Below are positions 25,679 to 32,000 of a stretch of DNA of 32,000 nucleotides, piece after piece. The position numbers and the translations under genes were made by a program. The notes under the pieces were generated by a model. That model was given only the letters and a program-made list of their open reading frames with translations. It was not told where the DNA came from and did not search any database. Numbering within the stretch: the stretch's first letter is position 1; each line of letters starts with the position of its first letter. Source of the DNA: Opitutia bacterium KCR 482 (GTDB lineage Bacteria > Verrucomicrobiota > Verrucomicrobiia > Opitutales > Intestinicryptomonadaceae); the NCBI GenBank assembly GCA_029269845.2, contig CP149973.1, positions 2,190,001 through 2,222,000 on the forward strand. Direction: 5' to 3'.

Positions 25679-26845
25679 ATGAAAGAACCAAAAGATTTTG
25701 TGGCAGACCACGTGCGCGGCATTCCGCGCTCCGGAATACGCGAGTTTTTCGCAATAGCAGCCACCATGGAAGACGCCATTTCGCTGGGTATCGGCGAGCC
25801 GGACTTCGTGACGCCGTGGCATATCCGCGAGGCGGCGATTTTCGCGCTCGAAAAGGGCAAGACCTCGTATACCGACAACTTGGGCCTGCGCCGCCTGCGC
25901 AACGAAATTTCCAAATACGTGGCAAAAAACTACGGAGTCTCCTACGACCCGTCGTGCGAAATCATGGTGGGCGTCGGCGTGTCGGAAGTGATGGACTGCG
26001 TCCTTAGGGCGATTATCAACCCCGGCGACAAAGTGATGTACCACGAACCCTGCTTTGTGTCGTACTCGCCGAGCGTGCGCCTCTGCCACGGCATTCCCGT
26101 CGCGGCGAAAATGCGCGCCGAAGACAACTTTTCGTTCAATATCGAGGAAGTTCGCAAAGCATGGGAACCCGGCTGCAAGGCGATTATCATCAACTTCCCG
26201 ACAAACCCCACGGGCGGAGTCGCGAGCGCGGAACAGCTCAAAGAGCTTGCCGACTTCGTCAAGGAAAAGGACATGCTCGTCATCACCGACGAAATCTACT
26301 CCGAGCTTACCTACGATGGCAAACACGTTTCGATAGCGTCGTTCGACGGCATGAAAGACCGCTGCGTTTTCCTGCACGGATTCTCGAAGGCGTTTGCGAT
26401 GACGGGTTTCAGAATCGGCTACGCGTGCGCCCCCAAGGGAATAATCGACGGCATGATGAAAGCCCACCAGTACGCGCTCATGTGCGCCCCGATTGTCTCG
26501 CAGGAGGCGGCGGTTGAAGCTCTGGTGAATGGGCGCGAATCCATGGAGCGCATGCGCGAGCAGTACTGCCGCCGCCGCGACTTCATCGTGGGTCGTTTCA
26601 ACGAAATCGGCATGGACTGCCACAGCCCCGAGGGCACGTTCTACGCGTTCCCGTGCGTCAAACGCTTCGGCATGTCGTCGATGGAGTTTGCGAAAAAGGT
26701 TTTGGCTGAGGCGAAAGTCGCCGTCGTCCCCGGGGCGGCGTTCGGTGAGTCGGGCGAGGGCTTCGTCCGCGCAAGCTTCTCGACGAGCTACGAAAACCTC
26801 GTCGAAGCCGCCGACAGAATAGAAGCGGCAATTTCAAAGTGGTAG
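25679..26845 (+). CDS. PLP-dependent aminotransferase, class I/II (aspartate/aromatic aminotransferase-like)
   Basis: The start was set at MKEPKDFVADHVRGIPRSGIREFF. Motifs are GIGEPDFVTPWHIREA, NFPTNPTGGV, and the PLP-lysine block HGFSKAFAMTGFRIGY. Length is 388 aa. Confidence 0.88.
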   Translation: MKEPKDFVADHVRGIPRSGIREFFAIAATMEDAISLGIGEPDFVTPWHIREAAIFALEKGKTSYTDNLGLRRLRNEISKYVAKNYGVSYDPSCEIMVGVGVSEVMDCVLRAIINPGDKVMYHEPCFVSYSPSVRLCHGIPVAAKMRAEDNFSFNIEEVRKAWEPGCKAIIINFPTNPTGGVASAEQLKELADFVKEKDMLVITDEIYSELTYDGKHVSIASFDGMKDRCVFLHGFSKAFAMTGFRIGYACAPKGIIDGMMKAHQYALMCAPIVSQEAAVEALVNGRESMERMREQYCRRRDFIVGRFNEIGMDCHSPEGTFYAFPCVKRFGMSSMEFAKKVLAEAKVAVVPGAAFGESGEGFVRASFSTSYENLVEAADRIEAAISKW

Positions 26846-26851
26846 TTTTTT

Positions 26852-28270
26852 ATGGAGCGTGAAGTTAAAAGCGTGGCATTGGTCGGCAGACCCAACGTAG
26901 GCAAAAGCAGGCTGTTCAACAGGCTTCTGGGGCGGCGCGTGTCAATCGTGCACGACCAGCCGGGGGTAACCCGAGACATCGTGGTTGAACCGCTCTCCGA
27001 CCGCGCCGTCCTCATGGATACGGGCGGCATGTTCGCCACTTCCGACGTAACCGAAAAAGTTATTGCCGACGCCACAAACCAGCAGGCGAATTTTGCGATA
27101 GTCGCCGCCGACATCATCGTGTTCGTAGTGGATTCGCAGACGGGGCTTACGCCGCTCGACGAGGAAATCGCGCGGCTTCTGCGCTCGTCGGGCAAGCATG
27201 TGGTGCTTGCGGTAAACAAGGTCGATTTGCCCGTGCACGAAGACCGCGCCGCGGAATTTCACAGGCTCGGATTCAGGGATACCGTCGAAGTCTCCGCCGA
27301 GCACGGCTACGGCACCGACGCGCTCGCGCAAATCTTGGAGCGCGAATGCGGCGACATCTCCACACCCCCGCAGGACGACTCCGCCGACCGCGTCAAAATC
27401 TGCGTCGCGGGCAGGCCGAACGTCGGCAAAAGCTCCATTTTGAACAGGCTGCTGGGCGAGGACAGGCTGATTGTAAGCGACGTCGCGGGCACCACGCGCG
27501 ACAGCGTAAAATGCGACATCGACGCGCCGCTGAAAAACGGCGAAGTCATGAAATTCCGCCTCTTCGACACCGCCGGGCTTCGCGTAAAACGCAAGACGAA
27601 TACGTCGCTCGACTACCTTTCGTCTCTCCGCACGCGCAAGGCGATAGAGGCGTCCGACGTCGTGCTTCTCGTGCTCGACGCAATGGAGGGCGTTTCCGAG
27701 CTTGACAAGCGTCTTGCGGGCGAAATCCTCGAATGCGGGGCGTCGCTGATAGTGGTCGTCAACAAGTGGGACTACGCAACCGAGACTTTCGCAAAAGCCC
27801 CGCTGCGCGGCTACTCCGATATCCGCGAATTCGGCAAAAAATTCGACGAAGCCGTCCGCAAAAAACTCTACGCCATCGGCGACTCCCCCATGTTCTTCGT
27901 TTCCGCAAAAGACAACAAAGGCGTCGATAAACTGCTCGAAGCCGCGTGGCACATGTATAAAAAAATGAACCTTTCCGTGCCGACCTCCAAACTCAACTCG
28001 TGCATAAAGTCGATTTTGGAGGAGAACCCGCCGAAATACATCGAGGGCAAACGCTTCAAGGTTTATTACAGCGTCAAAATTTCGTCGCGCCCCTATACCG
28101 TCAGAATGTACTGCAACCGCGCCGACGTCCTGACCGAAACGTACCGCCGCTATATCGTTAACGGTCTGCGCGAAAAGCTCAACCTCGGCGGCGTCGCAAT
28201 CAAGCTCGAAACTGTCGGCAAAACGCCGCAGACCTTGCAGGAACGCATGGAGGGCAAAAAACGCAAATGA
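26852..28270 (+). CDS. der: Ribosome-biogenesis GTPase Der (EngA), tandem GTPase domains plus KH-like C-terminus
   Basis: There are two G1 motifs, GRPNVGKSRLFNRL and GRPNVGKSSILNRL. DTGG and DTAG are present, as are NKVD and NKWD. It starts 6 nt after the aminotransferase stop. Confidence 0.93.
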   Translation: MEREVKSVALVGRPNVGKSRLFNRLLGRRVSIVHDQPGVTRDIVVEPLSDRAVLMDTGGMFATSDVTEKVIADATNQQANFAIVAADIIVFVVDSQTGLTPLDEEIARLLRSSGKHVVLAVNKVDLPVHEDRAAEFHRLGFRDTVEVSAEHGYGTDALAQILERECGDISTPPQDDSADRVKICVAGRPNVGKSSILNRLLGEDRLIVSDVAGTTRDSVKCDIDAPLKNGEVMKFRLFDTAGLRVKRKTNTSLDYLSSLRTRKAIEASDVVLLVLDAMEGVSELDKRLAGEILECGASLIVVVNKWDYATETFAKAPLRGYSDIREFGKKFDEAVRKKLYAIGDSPMFFVSAKDNKGVDKLLEAAWHMYKKMNLSVPTSKLNSCIKSILEENPPKYIEGKRFKVYYSVKISSRPYTVRMYCNRADVLTETYRRYIVNGLREKLNLGGVAIKLETVGKTPQTLQERMEGKKRK

Positions 28271-29220
28271 CAAAAACCGCCTTCTTCGCCTCCGACCCCA
28301 TCGCGCTCGACGCAATCGAATTTCTGCGCAACTCGCGCGAATTTCCCCTCGCGTGCGTCGTCAGCAACCCCGACAGACCGCAGGGCAGGGGGAGGAAAAT
28401 CGCCCCCAACGAAGTCTCGAAATGGGCAATCGAAAACGGAGTCGAACTCCTGCGCCCCGAAGGCGGAGTCGGCGACGACACCGTGGCGCGGCTGCGCGAA
28501 CTCGGCGTCGAAATGATAATCGTCATGGCGTACGGCTGCATGCTCCGCGACAACGTTCTAAACTACGGTCAATACCCCTGCCTGAACCTCCACGGTTCCG
28601 TTCTTCCCAAATACCGCGGGGCGTCGCCAATCGAAACGGCTATCGCAATGGGCGATTCCGAAACGGGCGTGAGCCTCATGCGCATAGTGAAAAAAATGGA
28701 CGCGGGCGCAGTCTGCGACATCGAGAAAATCGCAATAGCCGAAACCGACACCGCCGAATCTCTGCGGCTTAAATTCCGCAGGGCGTGCCCCGCAATCCTC
28801 GCAAGAAACCTCGAATCCGTAAAAAACAAAACCGCAAAATTCGCCGAACAGGACGAATCGGCGGCAAGCTATACGCGCAAATTCGACAAGTCGGATATGT
28901 ACATAGATTTTTCGGGCTCGGCGGAATCTGTCCGCGACAGAGTCCGCGCACTCGGCTTCGGCGTGCTCCAATACGGCGAGGACGCAATCAAAGTGCGGGA
29001 CGCGTCGTGCGAAAACTGCGGCGGCGGACACCCCGCAGGCGCGATACTTTCGGCGTCGGCGGACGGGCTTGCCGTCGCGTGCGGCAACGGGGCGGTCGTC
29101 TTCAAAAGCCTCCAAAAGCCCTGCGCCAAAATGATGCCCGCAAGGGAATTTTTTGCGGGATACAAGATGGGAATCGGGGAAGTTTTGAAGTCCTTTCCGT
29201 ATAAGAGTCTTCTGAAATGA
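28267..29220 (+). CDS. fmt: Methionyl-tRNA formyltransferase
   Basis: 317 aa. Motifs are VVSNPDRPQGRGRK and LNLHGSVLPKYRGASPIE (the HGSLLP-RWRGAAPIQ-type motif). The start overlaps the der stop as ATGA. Confidence 0.9.
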   Translation: MTKTAFFASDPIALDAIEFLRNSREFPLACVVSNPDRPQGRGRKIAPNEVSKWAIENGVELLRPEGGVGDDTVARLRELGVEMIIVMAYGCMLRDNVLNYGQYPCLNLHGSVLPKYRGASPIETAIAMGDSETGVSLMRIVKKMDAGAVCDIEKIAIAETDTAESLRLKFRRACPAILARNLESVKNKTAKFAEQDESAASYTRKFDKSDMYIDFSGSAESVRDRVRALGFGVLQYGEDAIKVRDASCENCGGGHPAGAILSASADGLAVACGNGAVVFKSLQKPCAKMMPAREFFAGYKMGIGEVLKSFPYKSLLK

Positions 29221-29533
29221 TTTTTTACGCAACCGTAAAAAAATTTGTTGCCAAAGCTTCAAAAAAAGTGCAAAAGTAAGATAACAAAACGATAGGTGGC
29301 GAATCGAAAATTTTATAAAGCCGCAGTCGGTTTTGCATATTTTGATAGCCAACGGGAAAAATGATGTCTGAAATGACAATTTCAACGCACCGAGTGTCCA
29401 AAACGGATACTTTGGGTCGCTGTCTCCCATTCGGCAATACTTCCTCTCGCGGAATGTCGGAAAATATCGAGAGCCATTTCAATAGTCCCGCCGGAAACGG
29501 CGGCTTACCAACAATAACAAAACAAGAGAAGAT

Positions 29534-29920
29534 ATGGCAAAAACAGTAGCAAAAAAACCGGCGGCAAAAAAAGCTCCCGCCAAGAAAGTGTCAACTAAGG
29601 CGGTAGCCAAAAAAGCTCCGGCGAAAAAGGCGGCAGTCAAGAAGGTCGCGGTAAAGAAAGCCGTAAAAGCTCCTGCGAAAAAGGTAGCCGTAAAAAAGGC
29701 GGTCGCAAAAAAGCCCGCCGCAAAGAAACCGGCGGCAAAAAAGGCAGCTCCGAAAGCCGTGGCAAAACCCGCCAAGAAAGCTCCGGCGAAAAAGGCAGCC
29801 GTAAAAGCTCCCGCAAAAAAGGCATGCGCAAAGAAAGCTTGCGCGGCAAAGCCCTGCGCTAAGAAAGCCGCTCCCGCAAAGAAAGCTTGCTGCGGCAAAA
29901 AATGCGCGGCTAAGAAATAG
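29534..29920 (+). CDS. Histone H1-like Lys/Ala-rich nucleoid protein with Cys-rich C-terminal tail
   Basis: 128 aa, of which I counted 47 Lys and no Asp or Glu. It has AKKAPAKK / VAVKKAV repeats throughout. Six Cys (98, 103, 108, 119, 120, 124) are confined to the last 31 residues. A strong terminator follows. The long antisense ORFs here are low-complexity artefacts. Confidence 0.8.
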   Translation: MAKTVAKKPAAKKAPAKKVSTKAVAKKAPAKKAAVKKVAVKKAVKAPAKKVAVKKAVAKKPAAKKPAAKKAAPKAVAKPAKKAPAKKAAVKAPAKKACAKKACAAKPCAKKAAPAKKACCGKKCAAKK

Positions 29921-29960
29921 CTTCCGCACAAACTTCCCGAATTGAAAGGGAATCCGACTG

Positions 29961-29988
29961 TCGGCGCACATTTGTGCGCCGATTTTTT
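29961..29988 (+). terminator. Rho-independent terminator after the H1-like gene
   Basis: 9-bp stem tcggcgcac/gtgcgccga (29961-29969 and 29974-29982) with loop attt, followed by T6 (29983-29988). Confidence 0.85.
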
Positions 29989-30151
29989 GCGCCCAAACGG
30001 ATACACCACGCATAATCAAAATAGCCCTACAACGCGAAATACGCCAATTCGCAATGCAAGTATAAAACACAAAAGCGGCGTTGCGCGAAAAAAGTAAAAA
30101 AAATCATTGACGCGGGGAAAAATTGCGACAGTGTTGTTTGAATACTTTTTT

Positions 30152-30227
30152 GGGGATGTAGCTCAGTTGGAAGAGCACCACAATGGCATTGTGGGGGTCG
30201 TCGGTTCGAACCCGATCATCTCCACCA
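30152..30227 (+). tRNA. tRNA-Ala (anticodon GGC), 76 nt, CCA encoded
   Basis: ggggatgtagctcagttggaagagcaccacaatGGCattgtgggggtcgtcggttcgaacccgatcatctccacca. The G3:U70 alanine identity pair is present and the cloverleaf is canonical. Confidence 0.93.
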
Positions 30228-30251
30228 AAAAGGCGCGACAGAATAAATTTC

Positions 30252-30322
30252 TCCCTGGTGGTGTAATGGTAGCACAGGTGATTTTGGTTCATCTAGTCGG
30301 AGTTCGAATCTCTGCCGGGGAA
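30252..30322 (+). tRNA. tRNA-Gln (anticodon TTG); CCA not encoded
   Basis: The acceptor stem is tccctgg/ccgggga with U1:A72, typical of bacterial tRNA-Gln. The anticodon stem is ggtga/tcatc with loop ttTTGgt. The T arm is cggag-ttcgaat-ctctg and the variable loop is 4 nt. Confidence 0.85.
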
Positions 30323-30384
30323 CGTCGGCGGAAAAGGGAATACAGGCCGATTGAAATTTAAGATGTCCAAATAAAAACCCTTTC

Positions 30385-30468
30385 GCTCGAGTGGTGAAAT
30401 TGGTAGACACGCATGATTCAGGTTCATGTGACTTCACTGTCATGGGGGTTCGAGTCCCCCCTCGAGCA
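30385..30468 (+). tRNA. tRNA-Leu (anticodon CAG), class II; CCA not encoded
   Basis: The acceptor stem is gctcgag/ctcgagc. The anticodon stem is catga/tcatg with loop ttCAGgt. The long variable arm is tgac-ttcact-gtca and the T arm is ggggg-ttcgagt-ccccc. Confidence 0.9.
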
Positions 30469-30476
30469 TTACTTTA

Positions 30477-30511
30477 AAGCCTGCAATCCACCAAGCCTTG
30501 CGGGCTTTTTT
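30477..30511 (+). terminator. Rho-independent terminator after the tRNA cluster
   Basis: 10-bp stem aagcctgcaa/ttgcgggctt (30477-30486 and 30498-30507, one G-U pair) with an 11-nt loop. The T-run extends to 30511. Confidence 0.7.
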
Positions 30512-30530
30512 GTCGGCATTTTAGAAGTTG

Positions 30531-32000
30531 GGTCAACACCAAAGAGAGTGGATTTCAATGAAAGACGCCGCATAGAACCAAGACCCTCAATCTGTAATTT
30601 TGGAAGTTTCGATAACCGTAAGCCATTCGTTGTATTAGTTTCATTTTCCTGTGGAAGCCCTCGGTTATTCCGTTGTTTTTTGTAAATCTCCACATTCGGA
30701 TTATCGGCGCAAACCAGTCGCTTATGGTTTCTGCTATCCTCTCAAACTCTTGTGTCGCTTCGTATTTCATCTGTTTCATCATTGTTTTCAGTTCTCTTAT
30801 ATTTCTCTTACATTCCTTTGCCGTTTGATGTTTCCTGTTCAGCAGCTCGCACAATCTTTCCTTAAACTCGTAAGCCAGCTTTATCGCGGGATTGTCCTCA
30901 AAAAACTTTTCCAACCGCTCAAGCTCTTCGGAGTTCAACCTATCTCCTCGTTTTCGCAATGGGTATGTCAACTTTCTATTCCATTTTACTTCCTCCTGTG
31001 CAGCTTTGCAATTCAAGCGAAGCGCGAATGAGATTTTGCCGCAGGCCAGAGACCCGAAGGGCGAGACGGTTTGCGCATGCAAACGCGAGTCAAAACTCCA
31101 TAAAGTGATACAGCACCAATCTTATAACGTGGAACCTGTCCGCCACTATTTTTGCTTTCGGAAAACACCGCCTTACTATGCTTCGGTAGCTGCTGCTTAA
31201 ATCCATGCACACTACTTTTACTTTATCCCGACCTTTGTAGCTCATTAACTTACTTTCCACCAAGTTGCGAGATTTCCCCTCTATCACATCGTATACCCTA
31301 TGATGCGTTAAATCCGCTATCGTTGTCGCAAACTTGTAGCCTTTATGTATCGTATGTTGCACTCGCTCGCTTGGTTTTGCTTCGCAAAATCCGCGCTGTT
31401 CTCGCCCTTCGGGTAAAACACTTCGTGTTTTATGCTTCCCAAAAGCTTGCTTCGCAACTTTTGTGTTCATCAATGCCGATGATTGACGGGCATTCGTAGC
31501 TTAGTTGCTCCTTGACCTTTAGTTCAAAGCGTTCGTGGATTACCCGCTCCACTGTGCTTTGCGATATCCCCAACCTTTTCGATATCTTCTTGTTTGTCGC
31601 CCCATCGAGGTATTTACTGATGATTTCGTCTTTGGCACTCTCCGATATTCGCTTATTGCTCTTCAACCCACGTATCGGCTCTCGATAAATTCTTCCGCAT
31701 TTCGGACACCGGTATCGACGCGCCTTTATGACTGCATCGTATATCCGCCCGTCTATCGACGCTACTTTCGCCTTCCTGTAATAATGGTCGTAAAATACAA
31801 CCTTCTTATGCCCGCAACCGCGACAAGACGGTATGCCGTCTTGTTTGTATTCCAACCTCGCAAAAAAGTCTCGACCTTTCCGCCAACTTCGTATTACTCT
31901 ATAAAAACTAAACAACATCAGAGGCATTGTAGGACTTCCGTCCTCTTTGCCTCCCTTTTTTTCTTCTTCTACCCTCATCCCACTATCTTTGACGATGAGC
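30531..32000 (-). mobile_element. ISL3-family insertion sequence (right end at or beyond the window edge)
   Basis: Candidate imperfect terminal inverted repeats are ggtcaacaccaaagagagtgg (30531-30551) and the reverse complement of 31980-32000 (gctcatcgtcaaagatagtgg). I counted 16 of 21 matching positions. They bracket the transposase reading frames exactly. G+C is visibly lower than in the flanks. Confidence 0.6.
30555..31978 (-). pseudogene. ISL3-family transposase split into three reading frames (two frameshifts)
   Basis: ORF 31430-31978 carries a zinc-finger/HTH N-terminus (CRGCGH...RRYRCPKCGRIY; KKISKRLGISQSTVERVI). ORF 31090-31473 carries the DDE core (VVCMDLSSSYRSIVRRCFPKAKIVADRFHVIRLV). 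ORF 30555-31082 carries the C-terminal part (NNGITEGFHRKMKLIQRMAYGYRNFQNYRLRVLV). The three pieces are in three different frames. The likely true start is MPLML at 31927. Confidence 0.85.

Noticed and set aside
29225-29549. Small ORFs in the AT-rich leader: 85 aa on the minus strand (29225-29482) and 62 aa on the plus strand (29361-29549).
   Set aside because: They have no SD, no recognisable motifs and atypical codon usage. The plus-strand ORF overlaps the H1-like start. I cannot support them as genes from sequence alone, and the region is reported as a finding instead.
29479-30070. 176-aa and 159-aa minus-strand ORFs opposite the H1-like gene. The repetitive DNA there could also be mistaken for a repeat array or CRISPR.
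   Set aside because: The antisense ORFs are low-complexity mirror images (FFAG.../LFRR...) of the AKK repeats. The repeats are 9-24-nt imperfect codon-level repeats with no spacer structure, so this is not a CRISPR array.

Overview
GC-rich bacterial chromosomal segment. G+C was judged by eye, not computed. The lipid A genes lpxC-fabZ and lpxA indicate a diderm. DUF1080, a DUF4838-like protein, two large GH42-like hydrolases and an H1-like Lys/Ala protein suggest a PVC- or FCB-type glycan degrader, which is inference only. I support about 24 CDS, 5 tRNAs, several intrinsic terminators and one decayed ISL3-family insertion sequence. There is no rRNA and no CRISPR. Most of the window is ordinary core genome: uup, topB, panD, ftsK, recN, lpxC/fabZ, lpxA, an MnmM/YtqB-like methyltransferase, an Lrp-family regulator with an aminotransferase, der and fmt. 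The accessory or unusual parts are five. (1) An orphan phage-like trio at 1154-4021 (tail-fibre-like, acidic accessory, 3-TM holin-like) has no other phage genes around it. (2) Two tandem paralogous ~880-900-aa secreted GH42-like proteins lie at 7762-13117. (3) A 128-aa Lys/Ala-rich histone-H1-like protein has an unusual 6-Cys C-terminal tail (29534-29920) and sits behind a 313-bp AT-rich leader. (4) A low-GC ISL3 element with a twice-frameshifted transposase lies beside a tRNA cluster (30531-32000). (5) An ORF with coding-like composition follows the uup stop codon in the same frame and runs through a bidirectional terminator (7412-7873). I do not see a convincing novel multi-gene system, and the findings are scored accordingly. 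The supplied ORF track omits an edge-truncated minus-strand gene at 1-1039, which I translated by hand. All family assignments come from recognising motifs in the translations. No database search was run.
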